From: Candidatus Cloacimonadota bacterium
Lineage (GTDB): Bacteria > Cloacimonadota > Cloacimonadia > G963667145
Length of the DNA: 64,000 bases
NCBI GenBank assembly: GCA_963676615.1
Contig: OY781092.1
Location: forward strand, 129,413-193,412
Direction: 5' to 3'
The position numbers and the translations under genes are program-made. The notes under the pieces were generated by a model that saw nothing but the letters and a program-made list of their open reading frames with translations, was not told where the DNA came from and searched no databases. Shown here in pieces: positions 48,001 through 56,935 of this stretch. The first letter of the stretch is position 1. Each line of letters opens with the position of its first letter.

Positions 48001-51000
48001 TGCCGATGGGTTGGTTGAACGAGTTTGCGCCTGCGAACATCCTGCTCATATTGGTGACGCCGCTGACATCCCAGCCGCTGATATTTTGGTTGAAACTTTT
48101 CACACTTTGGCTGGAGCGGCTTGCGACCAGATCCATAAGGTTAGACATATCGGTTATTTGTGACACATCAACATTGGTGACATCGTTGCCAGCAGCGATC
48201 ATCAGCACGAGGTCGCTTTTTGAGACTGGTAGATTTGGTCGGTTGGAAAATTCCCATTTTGAGGCGTTCAGGGCGTAGTCTTGGCTTTTGGTGACTTTGC
48301 CGATATCCCAGCCGCTGAGGTCTTGGTTAAACGAGATGGCGTTGTAGAGCATCGAGTCCATTTTGGTGACATTTGCGATATTCCAGTTGCTGATGTTTTG
48401 GTTGAAATCTTTCACTGTTTGACAATCGTCGATATCTTCTTGCAGGTAGTCGGCAACCTCTTGCATCAGGTCGGACAAATCGGTGATGCTGCTGACATCC
48501 AGATTTGTGACATCTTTGCCGAGGGCGATTTGGCGAGCCAGAGCGTGCTTGGTGTTTATCGGGAAGCTGGGCTTTTCGCTCGCGAGCCAGCTGTCTTTTG
48601 TGCCAGAATCGAAAAAGTTGAAATCGGTAACTGCGCCGACATTCCATCTGCTGAGGTCGCGACCGAAGTTGCTGGCACTATAGAACATTGCCCGCATATC
48701 TTCGACTCTGTCAACTTCCCAGTCCTTGATGTTGTCGTCGAAGGCGGTCGCCCCATAAAACATCGAGTTCATATTGGTAACCGAATCGACATCCCAGTCG
48801 CCGATGTATTTGGAAAAACTCGTGGCGTTTTTGAACATCGACGCCATAGTGGTGACATCGCTGACATCCCAGTCGCTGATGTCTTGGTTGAAGGCTATGG
48901 CACCCTCGAACATCGAATCCATAGTGTAAACATTGCCAGTTTTTGCGTTCCAGTCGCCGATATCGCCGTTGAACTTTGCTGCGCCCTTAAACATTCCGTC
49001 CATACGACGAACTGTGCTAACATTCCAGCTGCCGATATCTTGGTTGAAATTTTCTGCGTCGCCGAACATATATTGCATAAAATAAGCTTTGCCGACATTC
49101 CAGTCGCTGATGTTTTGGTTGAAGGCTGTGGCTTTATAGAACATCTCGCTCATATTATAAACTTGGCTGACATCCCAGCTGCTGATATCTTGGTTGAATT
49201 TTCCTGCCTCAAGAAACATCCCGCTCATTTCTCTGACTTTGCCAGTTTTTGCTCCCCATAGACCCACATTACCGTTGAAGTTGTCCGCTAGCGAGAACAT
49301 ACCGTTCATATTGGTGACTTGGCTGACATCCCAGCCGCCGATGTTTTGGTTGAAACTTTCGGCATTATCGAACATATAGCTCATATTAGTAACGCTGTCC
49401 ACTGACCAGCCGCCGATATTTTGGTTGAAGGAAGTGGCGTTTTGGAACATATGGTGCATATCTTTTACTCGGCTCACATCCCATTGGCTGATGTCTTGGT
49501 TGAAGCTTTGCACGACAGGGCACTCTTTTGGATTGTCGTAGTCCAGAGCGCTCGCGACTTGAGTCATCAGATTCGACATATCGGTGATTTGCGAAACATT
49601 GGCACTGGATACATCTCGTTGGTTGGCTATCAGGAGCACCAAGTTCTCCTTGGTCAGGGGGTAGCCCGCCAGTGCTGGTTTTTCGAGGATTGTCCACTGG
49701 CTGGAAGTCCCCGCGTCGAACTCGTCGATGGCTGTCACATTCCCGACGCTCCAGCCGCTGAGGTCTTTGTCAAAACCGCTGGCGCCCTTAAACATCCCGC
49801 TCATATCGGTAACATTTTCGACATTCCAGCCTCTAATATCTTGGTCGAAATTTTTAACGATGGAACAGGAACTCAAATTTTCGCCCAGAGAATCGGCAAC
49901 GGCTTGCATAAGGTTCGACATATCAGTGATTTGCGAAACATTGACTTTGGTAACATCTTTACCTTTTGAGATGAGCAGGACGAGATCCGCTTTGCGCAGC
50001 GGCAGATTTTTTAGGTTCGGCTTCTCCAAAATCGTCCAGTTTGTGCTGCTTGCGGTGTCAAAATTGTCGTAATTTTTCACAGAATCTATCACCCAGCCGC
50101 TGAGGTCTTGGTCGAAGTTGCTAGCGCCAGAGAACATCCCGCTCATATCGGAGACGCTGCTCACATCCCAGCCGCTGATATCTTGGTTGAGCGAAGACGC
50201 CCCTTGGAACATCTCTGTCATTTTGGAAACTTTTTCGACATTCCAGCCGCTGATATCTTGGTTGAAATTTTGCACGACGCTTTGGCTAGAGAGGCTAGCG
50301 ACGGCCTCCATCAAATAGGAAAAATCTCCCGTGAGCTTTACATTGCTCACATCCTCGTCATTTGCGATCATCTGGGCGAGCTGTTGTTTGCCAATCGGAA
50401 ATTGCGGTTTTTCATCTGCGAGCCAGCTTGCGTTGCTGTTGCTGTCAAAATCGTTGAACTCGGTAACTTTGTCGATATTCCAGCCGCTGATATTTTGGTC
50501 GAAAGCGCTTGCTCTCGCGAACATACTGCTCATATTCGCAACTCGGCTCGTTTTCCAGCCGCTGATATCTTGATTGAACAGACTCGCATCCTCGAACATC
50601 CCGCTCATATTAACGACGCTGTCAACATTCCAGCCGCCGATGTTTTGGTTGAACGAGCTTGCCCCTTTGAACATTCTGCTCATATCGGTGACTTGGCTCG
50701 TTGTCCAGCCGCTGATGTCCCGATTAAACGAGCTGGCGCCCTCGAACATCCCGCTCATATTTTTGATGTTGCTCACATCCCAGCCGCTGATATCTTGGTT
50801 GAAATTTTGCACAGCCGGGCAATTTTCGGGGCTGTCCGTTCCCGAAATTCTGGCAACATCTTGCATAAGGTCGGGCAGATAGTCGATATACGCAAGGCTC
50901 ACATAAGTGACATCTTCGCCGTTGGCAATCATTTGCGCCAATTTGTGGCGATTTAGGTGGAATTTTGGCTTTTGGGCGATAGTCCACTCGGGCGAACTTC

Positions 51001-53098
51001 CATCTGCAAATTTAAAGAAATTCGTAACCGTTTCTGTGTTCCAGCCGCTCAAATTTTGCGCAAAACTCGTCGCACCCGCAAACATCTGGCTCATATCGGT
51101 AACTTTTTCGATGTCCCAGCCGCTGATGTCTTGGTTGAAAGCGCTCGCATTTTCGAACATCCCGCTCATATTAGTAGCGCTGCTCGTTGTCCAGCCGCTG
51201 ATGTTGGCGTTGAAACTCGTTGCCCCCGCGAACATCCTGCTCATATAGCTCACATTGCCGACGCTCCAGCTGCTAAGGTCTTGGGCAAAATTTGCAGCAT
51301 CTTGGAAAATTCCAGACATATCGCCGACACTGCTTACAGACCAGCCGCCGATGTCTTGGTTGAAGGCGCTTGCCCCTTTGAACATTCTGCTCATATTGGT
51401 GACTTGGCTCGTTGTCCAGCCGCTAAGGTCTTGATTAAACGAGCTGGCGCCCTCAAACATCCCGCTCATATTGGTAACATTCTCGACATTCCAGTCGCTG
51501 ATATCTTGGTTGAAATTTTGCACGGTGTCCGCATTTGAAAAGTCGGTGACGATACTCATCAAGCCCGACATATCGGTGATTTGGCTGATGTTGGCGCTAG
51601 TCACATCCCTGCCGCTAGCGATCAAGAGCGCTAGGTCTTCTCTGCTCAGGGCGTAGTTGTCAAACTTTGGCTTCTCATCCAAAGTCCAGCTGGGGGAATG
51701 CCCGCTAGCAAAATCGCTGTGGTCGCTGATTTGGCTGACATTCCAGCCGCTAATATCTTGATCAAAAGCGCTTGCCCCCGCAAACATCTGGCTCATATTC
51801 GTAACATTGTTTGTCGTCCAACCGCCGATATTTTGGTTGAAAGCGCTCGCATCTTTGAACATCCCGCTCATATTTGTAACTTTGCCGACTTGCCAGTCTC
51901 TGATGTTGCCATTGAACTTTTTTGCCCCCTCGAACATTTGGCTCATATCGGTAACATTGCCCACATTCCATCCGTCGAGGTCTTGGTTGAAATTTGCGGC
52001 GTTTTTGAACATCCCACTCATATTGGTGACTTGGCTGGTTGTCCAGTCGCTAAGGTCTTGATTAAACGAGCTGGCACCCTCGAACATACCGCTCATATTG
52101 GTGGCGCCGCTCACATCCCAGCCGCTGATATCTTGGTTGAAATTTTGCACGATGGAGCAGGAGCTTAACTCCTCTCCCAAAGCATCGGCTACCGCTTGCA
52201 TCAAGCCCGACATATCGCTGATTTGGCTGACATTCGCACCAGCAACATTTTCGCCATTTGCAATCGCACTTACCAAATTTTCTTTGCTGAGAGGGTCGGA
52301 ATTTTTCATCAACTTAATTTCCCACGGAGTTGAATTGTAAGCCTGCAGCTCGCTCTTGGTTTTGGCGAAATTTTTACTGTCATAGCCCGCTTTGCTGACC
52401 GTAATGGTGTAGTTTTCTTGCTCTTCCAGCAAAATTTTTGTCGCTTTGGGTTTTATCAAAATCGTGTCGGCGCTGCTTTCTTCCTTAAAATTTGCAGAAG
52501 TGCCAGTCCATACACCATTGTCGTTTAAGATTTTCGCCTCGATGTAAAAGACAACCAAAGAGCCCTCATAAGTGAAATCCGCAAAGCCAAAATCTTGCGG
52601 ATCTGTGTCGGATTCTACCTCAACGACTTTTAGAGCTAGCTGATTTTCGCCTTCGTTTACCTTAAATTTATACGGCAACGACGAGGGAATTTTTAGGGTT
52701 TTATCGACAAAACTTTCGCTCTTGGGAACGGCAAAAATTGTGAGCCCAGTCGCGTTCAGCAGCTCAAATCTTGTGATTTCGTAGTCGCCGATGTCCAGAG
52801 TCAGCAAATTTGTGAGCGGGATTTTGACAGAAAATTCGGTAGTGTCGTTTTTCTTTCGATATTTAAGGGCTATTTTTGTGGCTGTTTGGGTGTCGCCAGA
52901 GCTTAGATTGACGCTTTGTCCAGTGGAGCTAAGTCTTTCCAAGCTAAAGTATACTTCGCCCTGTTTGTCTTCATTAACAGTTGGAGAATCGTCTTCGTTT
53001 TGGTTGCCGTCGAGGTCGTCCAAAATTTTGTCGAAACACGAAAAAAGCACCAAAATCATCGCCAAAAAAGCAACAAGCTTGACTCTTCTAAAATTCAT
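45035..53098 (-). CDS. giant (2687 aa) secreted/lipo-protein built from >60 DUF285/BspA-like repeats
   Basis: Signal peptide with possible lipobox (LFSC). About 11 modules, each starting with a ~50-aa intro (…LVLLIA.G.DVT.ANVSQITDMS.LM..VA…) followed by 5-8 copies of a ~23-aa unit F.GA.SFNQDIS.WDVS.VT.MS.MF, the DUF285 (Mycoplasma-lipoprotein type) repeat. Confidence 0.75.
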   Translation of the reverse strand: MNFRRVKLVAFLAMILVLFSCFDKILDDLDGNQNEDDSPTVNEDKQGEVYFSLERLSSTGQSVNLSSGDTQTATKIALKYRKKNDTTEFSVKIPLTNLLTLDIGDYEITRFELLNATGLTIFAVPKSESFVDKTLKIPSSLPYKFKVNEGENQLALKVVEVESDTDPQDFGFADFTYEGSLVVFYIEAKILNDNGVWTGTSANFKEESSADTILIKPKATKILLEEQENYTITVSKAGYDSKNFAKTKSELQAYNSTPWEIKLMKNSDPLSKENLVSAIANGENVAGANVSQISDMSGLMQAVADALGEELSSCSIVQNFNQDISGWDVSGATNMSGMFEGASSFNQDLSDWTTSQVTNMSGMFKNAANFNQDLDGWNVGNVTDMSQMFEGAKKFNGNIRDWQVGKVTNMSGMFKDASAFNQNIGGWTTNNVTNMSQMFAGASAFDQDISGWNVSQISDHSDFASGHSPSWTLDEKPKFDNYALSREDLALLIASGRDVTSANISQITDMSGLMSIVTDFSNADTVQNFNQDISDWNVENVTNMSGMFEGASSFNQDLSGWTTSQVTNMSRMFKGASAFNQDIGGWSVSSVGDMSGIFQDAANFAQDLSSWSVGNVSYMSRMFAGATSFNANISGWTTSSATNMSGMFENASAFNQDISGWDIEKVTDMSQMFAGATSFAQNLSGWNTETVTNFFKFADGSSPEWTIAQKPKFHLNRHKLAQMIANGEDVTYVSLAYIDYLPDLMQDVARISGTDSPENCPAVQNFNQDISGWDVSNIKNMSGMFEGASSFNRDISGWTTSQVTDMSRMFKGASSFNQNIGGWNVDSVVNMSGMFEDASLFNQDISGWKTSRVANMSSMFARASAFDQNISGWNIDKVTEFNDFDSNSNASWLADEKPQFPIGKQQLAQMIANDEDVSNVKLTGDFSYLMEAVASLSSQSVVQNFNQDISGWNVEKVSKMTEMFQGASSLNQDISGWDVSSVSDMSGMFSGASNFDQDLSGWVIDSVKNYDNFDTASSTNWTILEKPNLKNLPLRKADLVLLISKGKDVTKVNVSQITDMSNLMQAVADSLGENLSSCSIVKNFDQDIRGWNVENVTDMSGMFKGASGFDKDLSGWSVGNVTAIDEFDAGTSSQWTILEKPALAGYPLTKENLVLLIANQRDVSSANVSQITDMSNLMTQVASALDYDNPKECPVVQSFNQDISQWDVSRVKDMHHMFQNATSFNQNIGGWSVDSVTNMSYMFDNAESFNQNIGGWDVSQVTNMNGMFSLADNFNGNVGLWGAKTGKVREMSGMFLEAGKFNQDISSWDVSQVYNMSEMFYKATAFNQNISDWNVGKAYFMQYMFGDAENFNQDIGSWNVSTVRRMDGMFKGAAKFNGDIGDWNAKTGNVYTMDSMFEGAIAFNQDISDWDVSDVTTMASMFKNATSFSKYIGDWDVDSVTNMNSMFYGATAFDDNIKDWEVDRVEDMRAMFYSASNFGRDLSRWNVGAVTDFNFFDSGTKDSWLASEKPSFPINTKHALARQIALGKDVTNLDVSSITDLSDLMQEVADYLQEDIDDCQTVKDFNQNISNWNIANVTKMDSMLYNAISFNQDLSGWDIGKVTKSQDYALNASKWEFSNRPNLPVSKSDLVLMIAAGNDVTNVDVSQITDMSNLMDLVASRSSQSVKSFNQNISGWDVSGVTNMSRMFAGANSFNQPIGSWNVANVTDMSYMFESDTIFDQPLGGWNVSGVTNMKGMFAGAKKFNGNIGNWGQKTSQVTDMSHMFDGAESFNQAIGTWNLQSVKNLSAMFRNAKSFNQDINANTSNNTWNFNATDMSYMFEGATAFDRPIGDWNTGLVTDMSYMFRETNFNQDISDWDIDQVTDLTMMFADNTVFDQDLTAWSSDALTAFTQRGEIKQFGGFCSWDHNYEWKLSEMPKFPVTLDKLIELIADNVDVALADVQFITDMSFLMSKVTQKYNEIHGTTYSADDCPPVFNFNQEIGEWNVSNVTDMESMFYKARAFNQDISGWDVANVRNMRYMFGGASSFNREIGNWKNVAPINTSGMFSEATKFNQDIGSWNMAYVTDMNRMFAGATAFNNGGSSSIGGWNTANAINMERTFVGAYNFDQDISRWNVDKIQNFDYFASEENTNWTALERPKFPISKQELVAKIVAGMDLAGLKLAGDMSGLMQAVADAKGETILSCQTVQNFNDPDVISWDVSNVTNMDGMFAYAKSFNQPLNGWNVGNVTSMSQMFAGAQSFNQNLDSWNVSKVTNMRAMFNGAYNFNGDVPSWDVSKVTSMGYMFKGTPFNGYIGNWDVSSVTDMEYMFDEARKFDQDITRWNVSSVTTARSMFHGASSFRQNLINWDISQDANLADFDYITRSDWGVQEKPRALVPPITFDELIKKIAKGEDVRYVNTSQITSLRNLIPDAQEYWEDHPTECEGVSSPNSSFNQDISYWDVSNVTDMTYTFYHAEVFNQNINNWDVGNVKKMASTFCDAYEFNQPLDKWDMGSVTTIYGMFWGAFRFNQPINSWKFNTRYNETRNKDDWFDRMDSAFRRAFSFNQNINDWDVQHVTKMSTVFLRAYAFNQPLDKWNVSELKRARAMFYKAKSFNQPLDNWDVTNVDDMFCMFQGAQSFNQPLNTWTAKLVSVGGNYSWYQENTPAWQENYKPRFSADPADFDPYLEFQKYEDYVPDPDWLPNYDQN
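45300..52300. repeat. intragenic tandem DNA repeats within the giant gene
   Basis: 60-80-nt stretches recur with >90% identity, e.g. around 50700-50770, 51410-51480 and 52030-52100 (ccagccgct..gtc..gattaaacgagctggcgccctcgaacatcccgctcatatt...). The many plus-strand ORFs in this span are repeat artefacts. Confidence 0.7.
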
Positions 53099-53250
53099 AA
53101 AAAACTTCCTTTTTTTGTAAAGATTAACAACTATCTTCCGTATGTTGATGCTACAGTATATGCAAAGGAATTGTCAAACAATTTTTGGATTTTTTTGGGA
53201 GTTGTGATTTGCTGTAAATCTTGATTTGTCAACAGGTTAAAGCCTTTTCG

Positions 53251-54774
53251 CTATTTGCGCTCTTTCACAACTCTAAGCCCATAAGTTTTGCTAGTGTCGC
53301 TTGGAGCAGCAGACTGGAGAAATTCAATTGCGATGTATGTGCTGTCGGCTTGATAGCTCCCGCCTTTCATAGCTCTGTCTCCAGTTGTTTCATCTTTTTC
53401 GTCAAAACACCATTCCCACAGGTTCCCGCTCATATCGTAAACGCCCAACTGATTTGTTGTCCGTGATTTTACGGTGTGGCAAGAGTCCTGGCTGTTTGAG
53501 CTAAACCAAGCAACCTTTTCAAAAGCGTTGATGTTTCCAGCTAAAGCTCCGCTTGCCCAGTATAAATTGGTGCATTCTCCGTTGTTTCGCAGCAAAATTT
53601 GGTCAGACTTTTTGTCTTCGATGAACATCGCCGCAAGATTCCACTCGGAAACGGTTGGCAGTCTGAATCCAGTTGCGTTTTCGTCTAAAACCAACTGGTC
53701 TTCGTCAAAAGATGTCGGATTTTTAATGACGGCATCGCCATTTTTTTTGTAGTAGCAAGTGTAGTTTGGCGTTGGTGAAACCTGGGAGTTGCAATATTCG
53801 GTCAAAGCGTTGCAAAAGATAATCGCCTCTTTCCAAGAAATTTTACTAATCGGATGGTTGTCCGAGATTGCAGTTGGATCGTCAGAGAAAGAGTAGCCGT
53901 TTGATTCTGCCCAAGTGGTTACATCGTCCCAAACTTTTTTGGTTATTTCGGTTTGAGCAATCCAAAAAGCTGTTTTAACGCTGTCATCTCCAGAAGGATG
54001 AGCAGGAAATTGCTTTATTTTGGGAACAAAATTCATTATCATATCGGCGTTGCCCAAAAAGTCAACTTGATCTCCTGGTGCAAAATCTATTTCAATTTTT
54101 ATGGAATCTTTCAGTCCGCTTCTGGCAACGCCTGCGGGAGTAGCTCGTATGTAGGTTGAGCCCGTGTCGTTTGCTGTGACTAAGCCAAAATCGTTGACGC
54201 TGGCGATATTGGCGTTGTCAGAAATCCAAGTGACGCCAGAATCGACATAGATATCTGGGCTGAAGTAAGCTTTTAATTGGCTGGTCTGTCCTTTTGCTAT
54301 CTGAACAGAGGTGGAATCTAGCCAAAATCCCACAATCTCAAAGTAGCAAACAAGTATCATCGAAGCGCTTACTTGTTTGTCTTCCAATGTGATTGCTTTT
54401 GCGGTAATCTCGGAAGATCCAGCCCTTTTTGCCACGATAGTTCGCTGAAAATCGTTGTCGTCAATAAATTCGGCAATATTTGGGTTGGAGATGCTCCAGA
54501 CGATGTTTTTTTCCAAAGCGTCGCTGGGCGAGTATGATAGGGTAACGGTTGTGGTGTCAAATTCTTTAGCTTCTGGAGGCGATGTATTTTCGATAGGGAT
54601 AAGATAAATTTTTATTTGCTTTTGAGTAAAAAAAATGTCGTCGAGATCAAAATTTTGTTCTGAGGTGCTATTGGGAGAATAAAGACAACCGCCGAGGCTG
54701 GCGGCGATAGCGGCGACGAACAAAAAGAGTCTAAATTTCATTTTTCTTTTTTTTACTCCATATATTACGAACAA
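53251..54774 (-). CDS. lipoprotein with Ig-like (Big_2-type) domains and a C-terminal formylglycine-generating-enzyme (FGE/sulfatase-modifying) fold domain
   Basis: Lipobox LGGC. The C-terminal ~280 aa carries FGE-type motifs (NHPISKISWKEAIIFCNALT ... GVYDMSGNLWEWCFDE ... RVVKER). Confidence 0.65.
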   Translation of the reverse strand: MFVIYGVKKRKMKFRLFLFVAAIAASLGGCLYSPNSTSEQNFDLDDIFFTQKQIKIYLIPIENTSPPEAKEFDTTTVTLSYSPSDALEKNIVWSISNPNIAEFIDDNDFQRTIVAKRAGSSEITAKAITLEDKQVSASMILVCYFEIVGFWLDSTSVQIAKGQTSQLKAYFSPDIYVDSGVTWISDNANIASVNDFGLVTANDTGSTYIRATPAGVARSGLKDSIKIEIDFAPGDQVDFLGNADMIMNFVPKIKQFPAHPSGDDSVKTAFWIAQTEITKKVWDDVTTWAESNGYSFSDDPTAISDNHPISKISWKEAIIFCNALTEYCNSQVSPTPNYTCYYKKNGDAVIKNPTSFDEDQLVLDENATGFRLPTVSEWNLAAMFIEDKKSDQILLRNNGECTNLYWASGALAGNINAFEKVAWFSSNSQDSCHTVKSRTTNQLGVYDMSGNLWEWCFDEKDETTGDRAMKGGSYQADSTYIAIEFLQSAAPSDTSKTYGLRVVKERK

Positions 54775-54929
54775 AATAATCTTTGTTTTTTTTTAAGTGA
54801 AATCGAAAATGTTAATAAATTGTCAAGAATTAAAGAGATAAAAGCCAAATTTAGAAAAAAGATTTGACAAATAATGAGTGTAAATCCGATTTAGGGAATA
54901 TAAAAAATGAGGAAACAGACGAGGGAAAA

Positions 54930-55823
54930 ATGCTAAAGAACAAACTATTTCTATTTATTGGGTTTATGGTGGTTTTGCAGATTTTGGTGTCTTGGGTAGG
55001 TTTGGGCTCAGATTTGAACATTGGCACGAACCCGGCAACGGGGAAGTTTGCGGTGTGGAATTCGCCGAACGACAACTCGATCCAAAAGCAGATTTTGACC
55101 GAGTTTCAGCCAGATCAATACCTAGCGGAAAATGGCGGCACTGGCGAAATCTTGGGCAGCGCCGCTCTCTACGGTTTTTTTGCTAAATTCACCGCTTCGC
55201 CTTTGGGCACATCCAAACTTCTGTTTATGATTTTGGTCGTCGATTTGCTTCTTTTGGCTGGAGCGATTTTTGTCGCCAAAACCGCGAGCTTTATCCCTGG
55301 TAAATGGCAATTGTTGTGGGAAAATATCTACAATTTTTTTGCGGAACTCGTGGGCGACTCGCTGGGTAAAGACCGTCTGAACTTTTTGCCATACATCGCC
55401 ACGATTTTTCTTTTTATTCTAATGAGCAACATTTTGGGCGTTGTGCCTGGACTCTCCGAGCCAACCAGAAACCTGAATGTGCCGCTGGGAATGGGCATCG
55501 TCGCCAATGTCGTGGTGCACTTTATGATGATAAAAGTCAAGGGCGCTTGGGGCTATATGAAAGGCTACGCTGAGCCGATGTTTTTCCTAACGCCGCTGAA
55601 TGTTTTGGGCGAAGCATCAAAGCTGGTGTCGATTTCGTTCCGTTTGTTCGGCAACATTTTGGGCGGCTCGATTATCTGCGTTGTGATCTCCAACTTGACC
55701 AAATTTATCGTTTTCCCGATGTTTCTTTCGGGATTTTTTGGAATATTTATCGGCATTATTCAAGCGTTTGTGTTTACAATGCTCTCGCTTTCGTATCTAA
55801 GTGCTGGAATAGTAGAGGAATAA
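54930..55823 (+). CDS. atpB: F-type ATP synthase subunit a
   Basis: Conserved Arg in ISFRLFGNILGG. Five or six TM helices. RBS GAGGGA ahead of the ATG at 54930. The track ORF's 22-codon extension is probably not translated. Confidence 0.8.
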   Translation: MLKNKLFLFIGFMVVLQILVSWVGLGSDLNIGTNPATGKFAVWNSPNDNSIQKQILTEFQPDQYLAENGGTGEILGSAALYGFFAKFTASPLGTSKLLFMILVVDLLLLAGAIFVAKTASFIPGKWQLLWENIYNFFAELVGDSLGKDRLNFLPYIATIFLFILMSNILGVVPGLSEPTRNLNVPLGMGIVANVVVHFMMIKVKGAWGYMKGYAEPMFFLTPLNVLGEASKLVSISFRLFGNILGGSIICVVISNLTKFIVFPMFLSGFFGIFIGIIQAFVFTMLSLSYLSAGIVEE

Positions 55824-55826
55824 CAA

Positions 55827-56576
55827 ATGATAGACCCAGGAATAATTCGGATTGCGGCGTATATCTCTGCTGGCATCGCTGTGGGAACGGCATCTTTGGC
55901 AACGGGCATCGGCTCGGGCTATATCGCTGGTGGAGCCGTGGAGTCGATGGAGCGGCAACCACTTATTAGCGACAAACTTTTCCGCAGTATGCTCATCGGG
56001 CAAGCCGCCACAGGAACAGGAGCGATTTTGTCGTTGGTGATAGGGCTTTTGCTACTTTTTGGCGGATTTGATAATCCCGCAGGTGGCTGGTTCCGAGTCG
56101 CTTCACTTTTGGGAGCTGGCATCGCTATCGGTCTTGGCGCAATCGGCTCTGGCTATGGTGCAGGCGCTGCTGGTGGACAGGCGTGCGTAGCAATGGGGCG
56201 TGTCCCCGACAAAAACGCAACCCTTTTGGGTAATATGCTCATCGGGCAGGCGCTTAGCCAGTCGGTGACGATTTACGCACTGCTGATTTCGCTGATGCTG
56301 CTTTACTCCACGCCGCTGCAGCCTAGCGGTTTGGACACGGGCTCGATTGTGATGAAGTCGGTGGCTTTGGTTGCTTCGGGAATATGCATCGGATTTGGGA
56401 GCATCGGCTCTGGCATCGGAATTGGCGAGCTAGCGGGCAAATCGAATATGAGCATCGCCAAAGTGAGCAAAGGCGAAATGGGCGTGATGCGGGTGATGTT
56501 TATCGGTTCGGCAGTTACGCAATCGACGGCGGTTTATGCTTTGATTGTCTCGTTTTTGCTGATGTTTATAGTTTAA
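55827..56576 (+). CDS. triplicated c-subunit-like protein: three helical hairpins, none with the ion-binding carboxylate
   Basis: Three GxGxGxG helix-1 motifs (GIGSGYIAGGAV, GAIGSGYGAGAAGG, GSIGSGIGIGELAG), each followed by an RxP-type loop and a helix 2. At the position aligning with the E of atpE (AVSESTGIY), the three repeats have G, Q, Q (AATGTGAIL, ALSQSVTIY, AVTQSTAVY). Confidence 0.7.
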   Translation: MIDPGIIRIAAYISAGIAVGTASLATGIGSGYIAGGAVESMERQPLISDKLFRSMLIGQAATGTGAILSLVIGLLLLFGGFDNPAGGWFRVASLLGAGIAIGLGAIGSGYGAGAAGGQACVAMGRVPDKNATLLGNMLIGQALSQSVTIYALLISLMLLYSTPLQPSGLDTGSIVMKSVALVASGICIGFGSIGSGIGIGELAGKSNMSIAKVSKGEMGVMRVMFIGSAVTQSTAVYALIVSFLLMFIV

Positions 56577-56629
56577 ATAAAAAAGAAAATAAAAAAAGTT
56601 CTTAATTTTTAAGAGTTAGGAGGAAAGTT

Positions 56630-56872
56630 ATGGATATGACATTGATTGTTAAGGCGGCATCGCTGCTAGGAGCGGGCATTTGTATGGGTCTTGGTGCTAT
56701 CGGACCGGGAGTCGGAGAGGGTTTTGTGGGCGGAAAAGCTTGCGAGGGTATCGCCAGAAGCCCCGAGCATGCAGGGCTTATCACCAGAACTATGCTTGTT
56801 GGACAGGCTGTGTCGGAGTCAACTGGTATCTACTCGCTGGTTATTGCGCTTCTTTTGATGTTCTCTGTGTAG
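56630..56872 (+). CDS. atpE: ATP synthase subunit c with Na+-binding-type motif
   Basis: 80 aa. [19 protein letters not shown] is near-identical to the Na+-binding helix 2 of the Ilyobacter c-subunit (ESTxxY). Glu also present in helix 1 (GVGEGF), as in the two-carboxylate Fusobacterium type. Strong RBS AGGAGG. Confidence 0.85.
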   Translation: MDMTLIVKAASLLGAGICMGLGAIGPGVGEGFVGGKACEGIARSPEHAGLITRTMLVGQAVSESTGIYSLVIALLLMFSV

Positions 56873-56935
56873 TGACTTTTTTTGGATTACGAAAAAAAGT
56901 TTGATAACTAAAGATTTTAAAAGGAGTCGTATCTT

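Noticed and set aside
45092-52340. About 45 plus-strand ORFs of 60-330 aa inside the giant minus-strand gene
   Set aside because: They overlap the single long 2687-aa reading frame and are low-complexity mirror translations of the DNA repeats. No independent starts, RBSs or motifs.
54864-54929. N-terminal 22-codon extension of the atpB ORF
   Set aside because: The ATG at 54930 is preceded by GAGGGA at proper spacing and begins the hydrophobic a-subunit N-terminus. The extension is hydrophilic and unconserved.
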